DNA of 27,116 nt. Source: Octopus sinensis. Its lineage: Eukaryota. Below, piece by piece: positions 9,778-21,745 of this stretch. Under the pieces are notes generated by a model. The model saw only the letters and a list, made by a program, of their open reading frames with translations, had not been told where the DNA came from and searched no databases. The position numbers and the translations under genes are program-made. Within the stretch, counting starts at the first letter, position 1. The number at the start of each line of letters is the position of its first letter. The stretch is taken from NCBI RefSeq assembly GCF_006345805.1, contig NW_021834043.1, positions 1 to 27,116 of the forward strand, written 5' to 3'.

Positions 9778-11201
9778 CCAACGGCAAATTCGTCTGCAAA
9801 TTTAGGATGTATAAATCAAACTTTATAAGACGCTATCGTACGTTAAATTCAACTTACGTTGAAAGTCAACAAGTTTGCTTTCTGTTTTCTTTGCAATTTG
9901 TACTTTATTTTGTACGTTCTTCCATTGCTACGGCTTTATCCAACTACATTCTCTAAACACGCACTTACACACACACATATACACACACTCACACACACAT
10001 ACATACACAATATTCTATCGTGGTTTATTTTCTTTATGTAATATATGGGTTATATACCATGATAGAATATATTATATCTAAGTTTAAAAAGATGCATAGA
10101 AAACATGAATGAAATGACATGAAAAACCCCATTGACTTGTTATTTTAAGTTAATACACCACGATACGAGGAAGCAATTATAAAAAAGATTGGTAAATATT
10201 ATTTAGTGGCAAAATCGAAATAACTGATGAAGTGTTTGTGCGTAAAATCTAAATCCAAGTAAATGAAGTCGAGATATTAAAGAATATAATAAGGTTATAA
10301 TATCAGAAGAAGCAGTTAAGATGGAAAAGAAGTAAGACAAACATTTAGCTTTTGTTAATTGCTTAGGATCATTAGAGTATTATAAAATTAAAAGTAGTTC
10401 TGTTCCAATAAAATTCCGTTGATGTCTGATGTGGAGCGGGTAAAGAAATGTAACAGGAAGTATTTAGCAATGGCGGAAATTGAAGCACACAAGATTAGAA
10501 CGATTTAGTTATTAGGGAAACAGCGTAAGTTTTCTGGAATTATAAAGAAAGATTATTAAAAATTCAAGAAAATTATAATTAGTGTGTTAATGAGGAAATG
10601 TTATGAAAATGGAGGAGGGTGGATTGTAATAACAGAAGATGAAAAATAAAATATGTGTGGATGTTGACAGTGATGTATTAACACTTTGATACCAAAATCG
10701 CTTGAGACCGCCCATGAGTTTTTGATGTAAAATTAACACTTCAAAGTGATCTAAATTAAAATCTCCCAATTTTAATAATGTCAAAATTAGAATTTGCGCT
10801 CGAAGCAGCTTAAATGTCAAAATGATATACGTAAATCATGTGCGTTATTAAACGATGTGAAACTGCGGTGCTTCATCCAGGAAAATTTTTTTTAAAAAAC
10901 GTATTGTGTTTAAAAACACAATATACCGTAAAGAAAATCTAAATGAAATTGCTCCTGAAATAAAAGAGAGTGACTGATACTGATATCGATATTTCGCGAT
11001 CATTTCCGCTCTTCTGTGCTACACACACATTCATCTCCGAAACAACCTGTCTCAGCGATATTTCTAAGTTCTTATATTTTCAAAGTTATCTGAAATGTCT
11101 GTATAGCTTAAAAGAAATGTGTCACCAAAAGTGTTAATGTAGATTTCTGTAAGAATAAAAACAAGAAAGATATGAACATAATACATGGATTGATATGCGT
11201 A

Positions 11202-11400
11202 GCCGTTGTGGAAGCAGTATCATAATCGTGGTTCTGAGTTCAAATTCCGCCGAGGTCGACTTTGCCATTCATCCTTTCGAGGTCGATTAAATAAGTACCA
11301 GTTACGCACTGGGGTTGATATATTCGACTTAATCCATTTGTCTCCCCTTGTTTGTCTTCTCTGTGTTTAGCCCCTTGTGGGTAGTAAAGAAATAGGTATT
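11202..11400 (+). mobile_element. SINE family 2 copy, 5'-truncated
   Basis: B-box gagttcaaattcc, core gtcgactttgcc.ttcatcctttcg.ggtcgat.aaataagtaccag, ends at gaaataggtatt. Confidence 0.9.
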
Positions 11401-12580
11401 AAGCGCATGTGATTTGAATATTTCAGGAAAACATCACAAGACAGATTTTTTAAGCAGATCGAACAAGTGGAAGACCTAAGGGTGGATCAAGAATGGTTGG
11501 GTGATATCCAGAGACGTTTTAGCAGCATTATAAGTCCCAAGAAAAGTCAGTGAACTGGGTTTTATAGTGTTTATTTATTAACAGCAAACTGCAGCATTCA
11601 TAGATCAAAATTGGGACCCTTAACTAGAAAGGTACCCGGGATACTGCTCATTATACCCATGCTATAAAACGGCGTGAAAATATCCATAATCTCAGTTGGC
11701 CCCGCATCAGGAAAGTGCAATGACGGTTGCTTCTGAGAGGAACGTATGGAAATGGTGACCGAGGACTGTAACCCCATGACCTTTCCAGGAATAGTGGGCG
11801 GAGAAAGAAGACGGATGAATATAAAGTTTCATGCATTTAGAAAATGTGAGTAGCTTAAGGTTATTACGATATAACAACATGGACGTTATTTCGGTTCTAA
11901 AAAGGGTTTGGCAAATATTCTTGCTATTCTTATCGTAAAACCATGGATTAAGTGCTAAGAAATAAAAGAAATCTTAATGAACGCTAACATTTATTGGGAA
12001 TAGTTGTTCAGAATCATATATTTATTCAGAGAGATAAAAAACGCTAGATGAAGGCCATAAAATATTCGGACTGTTGGAGATGATAGATACGTGCGAAATG
12101 AAATAATAATTAGATCTGTGTATAGAAGAAGAAAAGAGCTAAAAAGATCGAGGAAGAAGTGCTGAAACTATGATCAAAACAGAGATATATACTTAATAGT
12201 GGATTAGATCGTGAACAGGGTTTAGGGATTAGATAAAGAAAAAAATGGAACAATCTGATGTAAAAACATTGTGAGAATATTTGAGTATTCGTGGTTGTCA
12301 TTATAGGGGGAAATAAAAATAACTTGCATAAAATAAATGAACTTAAGAGATGAGGAAAACGAAAAAAACAAAGCATTTTCTAAACAGGTGATATTTATCA
12401 TTGATTAGTGAAGGAAGGCGTCAGGTATATATTCTCTGAAGTGTGGCGAACAAACTGTGAAACGGTTCGTTAGGAAATACTTTTCTTCGTTTTTTTCTCC
12501 CCTCCTCAATAGCATAGAATGATTTTGTTTTCATTCTTATTTAGCGCACAATCAAGTTTTGTAATATTTAAATTTATTTT

Positions 12581-13163
12581 AAGCGGCGAGCTGGCAGAAT
12601 CGTTAGCACGCCGGGCGAAATGCTTAGCGTTATTTCGTCTGCCGTTACGTTCTGAGTTCAAATTCCACCGAGGTCGACTTTGCCTTTCATCCTTTCGGGG
12701 TCGATAAATTAAGTACCAGTAACGCACTGGGGTCGATGTAGTCGACTTAATACCTATGTCTGTCCTTGTTTGTCCTCTCTATGTTTGGTCTCTTGTGGGT
12801 AATAAAGAAATAGGTATTTCATCTGCCGTTACATTGTGAGTTCAAATTCCGCCCAGGTCGACTTTACCTTTCATCCTTTCGGGGTTGATAAATTAAGTAC
12901 CAGTAACGCACTGGGGTCGATGTAGTCGACTTAATACCTATGTCTGTCCTTGTTTTTCCCCTCTATGTTTAGCCCCTTGTGGGTAGTAAAGAAATAGGTA
13001 TTTCGTCTGCGGCTACGTTCTGAGTTCAAATTCCGCTTAGGTTGATTTGCCTTTCACCTTTTTGAGGTTAATAAAATAAGTACCTGTTGAAAAGTGGGGT
13101 CGATGCAATCGACTTACCTCCTCCCTCGGACTTGCTGCCCTTGTGCCATAATACGAAACCAAT
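12581..13163 (+). mobile_element. SINE family 2 with internal 184-bp tandem units
   Basis: Head aagcggcgagctggcagaa; units start at 12631, 12815 and 12999; the third unit runs into the normal tail. Confidence 0.93.
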
Positions 13164-13184
13164 ATTTAAATTTACTTTAGCTGG

Positions 13185-13325
13185 TTTGTTTACTTATCCG
13201 TAACTTAACAGTTCAGTAAACTTAGAAAAGTACGTACTGGCATTGATGTATTCAACTAAAACCTTTAAAGTGTGGTGCTCCAGCATGGCCCCATTTCAGT
13301 GTTCAAAACTAGTAAAGAACAAAAG
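13185..13325 (+). mobile_element. SINE family 1 tail fragment
   Basis: gtaacttaacagttc..caactaaaacc..ggtgctccagcatggcc. Confidence 0.75.
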
Positions 13326-14164
13326 TTTGTTTAACTGATGATGAGCCGTCAAAAGCATGAATATGCTTAATTAGGTTATCCACTACTTATCTAGCCTAAT
13401 TTGTGACTGTTTATATAGCAGCTGAATAATCTATGCTGTTGATTAGGAAAGAAAGCCGTGTAGAACATCTCTGCGGAGTGGTTAGCAATCCCTGATATGG
13501 TTGGTCAAGAAACTTTGTCTTTCTCTTTTCTGCCGCACGTTAATAGCGTTAAAAAAGAATGCATTTACATTCTTAGTCAATCTGCAGTTGGACAGCTTCT
13601 TGGTAATATTTAAATTTATTCCAGTTCTATTAATTTTCGAGTTTGAGTTAATGGGTTATTTATGAGACGATTTGAAAACTGAGAAGAGAAAGAAGAGCTA
13701 AAGTTCTCTTCTTTAAAAGTTGATCAATTATTATTTTATTTTGCACGGCTGCGTAACCTTCAATACCCCGGATATTTTATGGCACTCATCAAGCGCTATT
13801 TTAAATTTTTCTTTTAAATAATTCTAAAAAATTCCCAATTGCTGTTAGCATTCACTTGTATTTCTTTATTCCTTTGGCACTAAATCAAATATTTTTTTTT
13901 ATTTTTACGATAAGAACAAGAAATTTCATTAGAGTTATATTGGAACCGAAATAATTCCAATATATTTGAGTAATTTAAGAAAATGAGAAACGTGGAATAC
14001 TTCGTGTTTAGCTGTTGAACTCGGAGTAGATAAAGCTAAAAAACAAGAGGGTGGAACTGGACGAAAAATGTTTAAGTCCCACGGACAACCTTCTACTTTT
14101 CTATCAAAGAGACATTTTTAAGCTCAATATTTACACATAGCTTTGTATACACGGAGTTACAAGT

Positions 14165-14221
14165 TTATATACATACATACACACATACATACATATATAC
14201 ATGCATACATACATACATACA

Positions 14222-14252
<31 letters not shown>

Positions 14253-14306
14253 GTACATACATACATACATACAGACATATTACATACCCACACACATATA
14301 TATATA
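14165..14306. repeat. (CATA)n microsatellite
   Basis: Direct reading. Confidence 0.96.
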
Positions 14307-14963
14307 TAGTGTGTCTCACAGAAGTATATATACTCCTATAATGTTTCAGCAAAATTGCCATTACTCTGATATTGAAGGAAATCAAAGGAAATTTATACTG
14401 AATAAAATATATTATGGATGCAAACATTATACAAATTGGGAACAGAAAACAATAAACATTTTCAAAGATATGAACGAAATATTAATTTTCAAACGAAAAC
14501 AAAAAAATATATACACCTTAAAGGATTATTTGCTATATTCAATATTTGGTATGACTACCCTTGCTTTCACTAACTGTATTAAGCCTTCTGGGCATAGAGT
14601 AGACTAAATTTCAGTATATAACCGATGAAATCGATCTCCATTCATCCTGAATGATGTCTTTCAACCGTGTTATATTGCAGGTTGTTTTCTCTTCAGCCTT
14701 CTTTTTCGAAACACCCCACATGTCCTATTGGGTTTAACTCAGGTGTCATGGTAGGCCAAGGCAATGCCTTTAGCTTTTTATCTGATAAAAAACTTGGTCA
14801 TCGTCTTTGAAGTGTGTTTAGGGTCATTATCATGTTGGAACACGGAATGTTTTCCTAGGTCCCTCCTGGTTTTCAACATTGTTTTTCTGCAGTATGTCAC
14901 AATAAAGCCTTGAATCTATTGTTCCCTAAATAAATGTGAGTCCTACCACATCAGCCGCACATG
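14305..14963 (-). mobile_element. 3' half of a decayed Tc1-family DNA transposon (transposase pseudogene plus right TIR)
   Basis: Minus-strand translation with stops and frameshifts: AADVVGLTFI*GTIDSRLYCDILQ...FQHDNDPKHTSK (14805-14840)...LPWPTMTPELNPIGHV...LVYSMPRRLNTV...GSHTKY* (stop at 14539). End sequence TA|tagtgtgtctcacagaag resembles a Tc1 TIR at a TA site. Confidence 0.9.
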
Positions 14964-15020
14964 TATATAATCTCTATATATGTATATATATATATATAAT
15001 GTATAATATATATATATATA

Positions 15021-15309
15021 ACAGGAGTGGCTGTGTGGTAAGTAGCTTGCTAACCAACCACATGGTTCTGGGTTCAGTCCCACTGCATGGCACCTTGGGC
15101 AAGTGTCTTCTGCTATAGCCCCGGGCCGACCAATGCCTTGTGAGTGGATTTGGTAGACGGAAACTGAAGGAAGCCTGTCGTATATATGTATATATATGTG
15201 TATGTGTGTGTCTGTGTGTCTGTGTTTGTCACCCTAGCATTGCTTGACAACCGATGCTCCAGCATGGCCGCAGTCAAATGACTGAAACAAGCAAAAGAGA
15301 ATAAAAGAG

Positions 15310-15310
<1 letters not shown>
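15021..15310 (+). mobile_element. SINE family 1 copy with internal deletion
   Basis: Head and body intact; gatgct is joined directly to ccagcatggccg. Confidence 0.93.
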
Positions 15311-15343
<33 letters not shown>

Positions 15344-15430
15344 ACGGTTTTTTAAACACTTATTAATGTTTTGTTTACCCTGGAGGCAGTCATCGTAATT
15401 ATTATTTTGTCTTGTTGTTGAGAGAGGCTC

Positions 15431-15523
15431 CCTTTCTTTCCTGATGAGAAGATTGCATCCTACACCGTTTATTCCTTTGGAATAAAACCATGTTGTTTTC
15501 GAAACATATGTCGAGAGTAAAGG
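15431..15523 (+). ncRNA. Type I hammerhead ribozyme with complete catalytic core
   Basis: CTGATGA 15441-15447. Helix II gaagat/gttttc closed by G-C. GAAA 15501-15504. Helix III ACATATGT is palindromic. GUC cleavage triplet at 15510-15512. Helix I cctttctttc/gagag-t-aaagg is 10 bp with one bulge. Confidence 0.8.
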
Positions 15524-16024
15524 AATTTTGTTAACATCTTCGTTCAACTCCATTTATTTATTCACATATATATTAATTATTTATATATATACGTACACAT
15601 ACATACATATATGTATATATGTATGTATGTATATATATATATATGCACGCACACACACACACACAATTTATATATATGTTCCATTATTTCTACGTGCTAT
15701 GTTCATTTTCTACTGAGTTAGGTTTCCTGTCTTACCTGTTCAGGCCCCTACAAGAATAACAGTAAATTCGCCATTACTTCAAAAGCCTTCGCGTCCAATC
15801 CACTGACTGTTACCTTCTTCGATATGTCAATCATGTTCCCGAGTGAAAAATAATAAAATGTCAACTGTTTGTGTTTTTACTTGTTTTCCCTTGCTATAAG
15901 GCAATTTTTAGAATAAAATTCCTATACTTATATTTAGATGTCAGAAACACAAAGTAGTTACAAGCAACGAAAATACTTTTAATGTAAAGTTACTATCCAT
16001 TTTACATTGGTGTAATGCTAGGTA

Positions 16025-16057
16025 TCTGTCGAGCTGTCTGTCTAACTGTCTGTCTTG

Positions 16058-16097
<40 letters not shown>

Positions 16098-16303
16098 TAT
16101 ATATTTATATATTATATATATATATATATATAATATAATATATATATATATATAGTTGGTAGGTAGGTAGGTAGGTATGTAGGTAGGTATGCATGATATA
16201 TATATATATATATATAATACATATGTATATATATATGTGTGTGTGTATGTATATATATATATATATATAACATAGATACACACACACATATATATATATG
16301 TAT

Positions 16304-16334
<31 letters not shown>

Positions 16335-16720
16335 TATACATGCATACCTACCTACATACCTACCTATCTGTCTACCTACCTACTTACCTACCTACCTACC
16401 TACCTACCTACCAACCAACTTATATATATATAAATATGTGTGTGTGTGTGTGGTGTATGTGTGCACTGATTGACAGAGCTACGGACAGGTAGAGATAACA
16501 CTGTAAAATGCATTTTACTTTTATACTATATACACATATGCATGTATATATGTATATACATACATAATACATACATATATACATACATATATATACATGC
16601 ATACAAACATGTATGCACACACATGTATGCACACACATGTATACACACACATGTATACACACATACACACTCGCATAAGTTCATCTTATACACACATACA
16701 TCTTATACACATACATAGAC
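16025..16720. repeat. Compound (CTGT)/(TA)/(CA)/(AGGT)/(CCTA)/(CATA) microsatellites
   Basis: Direct reading. Confidence 0.93.
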
Positions 16721-16928
16721 ACATCTTTAAGTTCATTCCATTGTTCTTTTTTTCCTTCCCATCAATGCGTCGTTTGCTCTACATACCGTTTTATGATGTT
16801 GATGAAAATTGTCAACCGTGTGTTAACCATTTTCTGTGCGTTTCACAAACTTCTTTTCCGTGTTTTGATCATTGGAAAAAAGTTGTTTCGAAAGTATAAC
16901 TTCAAAGAAATGATCATCTCTGCGTCCA

Positions 16929-17268
16929 TTCGTTCGTTCGTTCGTTCGTTCGTTCGTTCGTTCCTTCCTTCCTTCGTTCCTTCGTTCCTTCCTTCCTTCC
17001 TTCCTTCTGTCCTTCCTTCCTTCCTTCCTTCCTTCCTTCCTTTCTTCCTTCCTTCCTTCCTTCCTTTCTTCCTTCCTTCCTTCCTTCCTTCCTTCCTTCT
17101 TTCCTTCCTTCCTCCTTCTGTCCTTCCTTCCATCCTTCCTTCCTTCCTTCCTTCCTTCCTTCCTTCCTTCCTTCCTTCCTTCCTCTTCTTCTGTCCTTCC
17201 TTCCTTCCTTCCTTCCTTCCTTCTTTCCTTCCTTCCTTCCTTCCTTCCTTCCTTCCTTCCTTCCTTCC
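16929..17268. repeat. (TTCG)8 followed by about 300 bp of (TTCC)n
   Basis: Direct reading; it explains the EGRK and PSFL ORFs. Confidence 0.98.
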
Positions 17269-17296
17269 TATATTTACTTGTTGATCACTGACTGCA

Positions 17297-17711
17297 TACT
17301 CTTTACTCTTTTTAACTCTTTTACTCGTTTCAGTCATTTGACTGCGGCCATGCTGGAGCACCGCCTTTTAGTCGAGCAAATCGACCCCGGGACTTATTCT
17401 TTTGTAAGCCCAGTACTTATTCTATCGGTCTCTTTTGCCGAACCGCTAAGTGACGGGGACGTAAACACACCAGCATCGGTTGTCAAGCAATGCTAGACAC
17501 ACAAACATATACACACACACTTATATATATATATATATACATATATACGACAGGCTTCTTTCAGTTTCCGTCTACCAAATCCACTCACAAGGCATTGGTC
17601 GGCCCGGGGCTATAGCAGAAGACAAATTGCCCAAGATGCCACGCAGTGGGACTGAACCCAGAACCCTGTGGTTGGTTAATAAGTTACTCACCACACAGCC
17701 ACTCCTGCGCC
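17297..17711 (-). mobile_element. SINE family 1 full-length copy
   Basis: Reverse complement matches the copy at 24883-25335. Confidence 0.94.
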
Positions 17712-19204
17712 CATGTTTACTAAATCTATCCAAATCTTCCCTATTACAAAACGTAAACAAAGGCGCAGTGCAAGAATTAATCACAGAACTAAAAGCGACA
17801 AATCCATCCAAATAGCAGGTCAATAGTTCACGGAAAGGTATGGAAATCACAACTTCTCTATCTCTTCAAACCGAGCCATGGGGAACACAAGAGTTTACTG
17901 ACGGTGAGTGGGAAAGAAATTCATCAACTCATGTCGCCTGGGTGTGGTCTGACAGCAAGCTACCCATCCAAGAGATGAGAGATAGATTCATTAGTTGGGA
18001 TAATAGGGATCTTAAAATACCATAACATCCCAGCAGGGTTTCAACAATGAAATTAGATGGACTCATTTATGTATTTTAATGCATTTAGTTATATTACTGG
18101 CGCATTTGTAAACCTCGGGTCGTTTTCTTATTATTGGCTTCCTTTTTATTATTCCCTAATATTCGTTATTTTAGGGGGAAGGGGAAATAAATCGAAAGTT
18201 GTTTTTACATACTGTGTCTGTGTGTGTATGTGTGTGTGTGAGTGTGAGTGTCTGTATATCTGTGCGTGTCTGTCTGGTTATGTGTGTGTTGTGTGTTTAC
18301 GTTGTGTTCATACATTCTTTAGAGCGCAAGGTTCGCATCCAAGGCTGAACCGAGCGAACTTCCGTTAGCCAAAATTGAAACCACATCGTAGTCTCAATTA
18401 GTTTCGAGAATTACCTCCTGTCCTTCTAGTGTGCTCATTTTATCAAAATTTACATTAAAGTTTGATGTTTTTGCTTTAAACTTTAAATTAATAAAAATCT
18501 CTTCTAAATTTCTAAATATCTGATTATATTGTCAATATATTCAATTATTCTTTGACCAAAAAACGAAACGAAACAAAACAAAAAAAACAAAGCAAAACAA
18601 AAATAAAAACATCCCCCACAAAAACGACGAAATTAAATCGTATTTTTTGTTCAATAACAAATGCAAATTGTGGCTCTAATGTGAACTTTTAACATACATC
18701 CTATTAAACCTCATTAATGGCATCACGTTACTAAAAAGACAAAGCATAAATTGATAAAAGAGAAGCAAAAAAACCCCGATAAGATTCCCGGAGGTGGAAA
18801 CTTTTACGATGAGTTATGCCCCCTCCCAGACAAATGAAAGCAATGCTAAAAAGCATTCTTCTCCTGCGGAAAATTGAGATTTTAAAAATGTTTTCATTTT
18901 TGATTTTTTTCTTTTGTGTATCATTACCTCGAGCATAGACATACACACACACACACAAAGGCAAAGACACATACACACAAACGCAGAGAGATACACAGTC
19001 ACTCTCACAAACACAAACACGTATTCGGTGATTGTACAGATGTACATACACACACACGTATACATGCAAAATATTTTTTGCATTGTATTACCGTTTCTTT
19101 GATTTCTAACCTGTTCATGCATAGTATTTCGAAAACAGGACATTAAGAAAATTACACAATACCACGAAATATATGATTCTATAAAAAAAAAAATACTCAC
19201 ATAT

Positions 19205-19560
19205 AGGCGCAGTGGTGAGAAGCTTGCTTCCCAACCACATGGTACCGGGTTCAGTTCCGCTGTGTGACACCTTCGGCTACTGTCTTCTGTTATAGCCTCG
19301 GATCGACCAAAGCCTTGTGAATAGAATTTGGTAGACGGAAACCTAAAGAAGCGTCCGTCGTATATATATATATATATATATATATTTATCTATGTGGGTG
19401 GTGCGTGCCTTTGTGTCTGTGTTTCTCCACCCCCGCCACACCACTTGATAACCGGTGTTGGTGCGTTTAAGTCCGCGTAACTTTGCGGTTCATCAAAAGG
19501 GATGATACAATAAACACTATGCTTAAAAAACAATAAGTCCCGGAGGCGAATTGTTTTAAC
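19205..19560 (+). mobile_element. SINE family 1 copy (diverged)
   Basis: Head aggcgcagtggtgagaagc..gggttcagttcc, body, TA tract, partial tail. Confidence 0.88.
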
Positions 19561-19989
19561 TGAAGTTAATTATAGAATGAAAATTAAAAATTTTATGCAT
19601 TAATGGTTTAAAATCGAAGTTAGAGAATTTAATTAACCAGCAAAATAAACATGAAAATTAGTTTAATCATATTTCTGTCTCTGCCTCCGAAGCTGTGCAT
19701 GAAGGTGAAAACACATCGACAAACTGACACACATGTACACACTCACACACGTATACACACACACTCACACGCACATGGACACGTATGCACTAACACACGT
19801 ATATGCACACGTGTACACAAGGAGAAGGGCTGCAGGCAAGATAATTCTGTGGCTTTGGCGAAAGAAGTTTGACCAGTAGTTTACTGATGTTAGCATCCAA
19901 GCTGGACCTAGATCAACCCCCAGCTGGTTCAACAGGTCAACGAAACATTGCTGATGCATCCCAGAGTCCCCACAAAACATATCTTGAGA

Positions 19990-20290
<301 letters not shown>

Positions 20291-21611
20291 TCTGGCTCCT
20301 GTCACGAATTCGGTTATCGGCCGAGTCTATCGAATCTAAGTTTCCTTTAACCGGGAAGGCAAGGCAGTTTTCATTGTACTGGTGGCTGTGGTGAAAGAAT
20401 GTGTGTGGTGGACTCGAGCGAAAGGATTAGAGACAAACGCTTACCTCTCTGGCCAATCACTCATCTACTTTTTCAAGTACCACTTGAAAAAAAAGATGAG
20501 AATAGAGAGGGAAGTTTTGTCTCAGAAAAGTTTCACTAAAAGGTGGGCGAATATAGATAAAATAGTACGGGTGAATGACGAAACCACTTTAAGCATGATC
20601 CTGTAAAGCCCAAAAGAGAGAGAGAGAGAGATAGCGATAGAAAGATAGATAGAGAGAGAGAGAGGGAGAGAGAGCGCTTTGCTCTTATGTGTTACTTTCG
20701 CTGCCTGAGGTTACCGTGGTCTTTTCCGTAGGCTTTTCTTTCCACGGAAAAACCTATTTTACATTTTTACGCCGCTTTATTTTTTGATCGCACTCTTTTC
20801 CTTGTTGGCTGAAATAGTTTAAGTAAATAGTCTTTCTATTGTCGTTGAGTCTTTCTTACTTGTCTGTTTTTCATCTCTTGACTTCCACTCAGCAACGTCA
20901 CGGGTCTACCTGTTGTTGTGAGCCTCACCACATGTCCGGCTCAGCGGAAGTTGAGCTTTCGGTATTCTGCGATCACACTATTTAAAATAACTTGGATAAC
21001 TTTAAATGGGGAACTGCTGTATTTAACAACGAATTTTCCCCTCCATTTTTCATACTCCGTAAAGAAAAATGAATACTTGTTTACGTAACAGAAATTTGCG
21101 GATACGTTTTGAATTTTGATTCCTGCTTCTCGCAGAGGAAAAAATCAGTTGAACTTTTATCTTCTCTGTGACAACTATATAATTTAGTTTCCTTATCATT
21201 TCTCTCATCTTTACATCGTGCAACATAAATCCCACCCTCCTAATATTACAAGCTCATGTTTCTTTCGTATTAATGTGGCAATTTTTTTATATATCACACG
21301 TGCATGCGATATGCACATCGGAATTATCTCCTGAGTCTCATGAATGGACATCAAGGTATCGGAGCTGTTATTTACTGCAGATTTATATCCTTTTCTCCTG
21401 AGAAGATTACTTTTGAATTTATCATAAATGCTGCTCGTTTTATGTTTCGTAATTTCGTAAAAAAAGAAAGAAAGACAATACCGCACTATTTTCAAGAAGA
21501 TATTATAGAATTTGGAATAATCACCGTGATATAATATCTAAAAAGACAACCATTAATTTCATTCAATCAGGTTCCGATAAATTACGTTGCGGTTTTCATT
21601 TGAAGAAAATA

Positions 21612-21693
21612 ACAAACAACAACAACAGCAGCAGTAGCAGCACCAGCAACAACAACCACCACCACCACCACCACCACCACCACCACCACCACC

Positions 21694-21727
<34 letters not shown>

Positions 21728-21745
21728 CGACAACAATAGTAGCAA
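21612..21745. repeat. (CAA)n/(CAG)/(CAC)n trinucleotide array
   Basis: Direct reading; it explains the poly-H/N and poly-V ORFs. Confidence 0.97.

Noticed and set aside
10902-10923. Perfect 10-bp inverted repeat tattgtgttt-aa-aaacacaata; a similar 9-bp one at 13689-13714
   Set aside because: Short AT-rich or low-complexity palindromes are expected by chance at this composition.
11030-11056. cGAAAC-aacct-GTC resembling hammerhead helix III
   Set aside because: No upstream CTGANGA at a usable position and no helix II partner.
11440-12400. Purine-rich stretch that might be a decayed LINE ORF2
   Set aside because: No endonuclease or RT motif recovered by eye; a BLASTX or HMM search is needed.
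12631-13163. Regular repeats as a CRISPR-like array
   Set aside because: Units are contiguous 184-bp SINE segments with no unique spacers, and the context is eukaryotic.
13330-13372. CTGATGA followed by small stems and gcat-gaat-atgc, hammerhead-like
   Set aside because: G12 is missing (AAAA in place of GAAA) and helix I does not pair.
14646-14722. ctgaatga...cgaaac...gtc on + and ctgaaga...gaaa on -
   Set aside because: Lies inside the Tc1 transposase coding relic; spacing and helices do not fit.
18057-18368. ORF segment LPFYYSLIFVILGGRGNKSKVVF resembling GPCR TM1 (GN motif)
   Set aside because: Charged residues surround the GN, no ICL1/TM2 LAxxD follows, and the frame runs into a (TG)n repeat. 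Probably chance.
20600-21000. Possible promoter or 5' UTR exon (GA repeat, tatttaaaa)
   Set aside because: No support beyond common short motifs; no convincing splice donor or start could be assigned.
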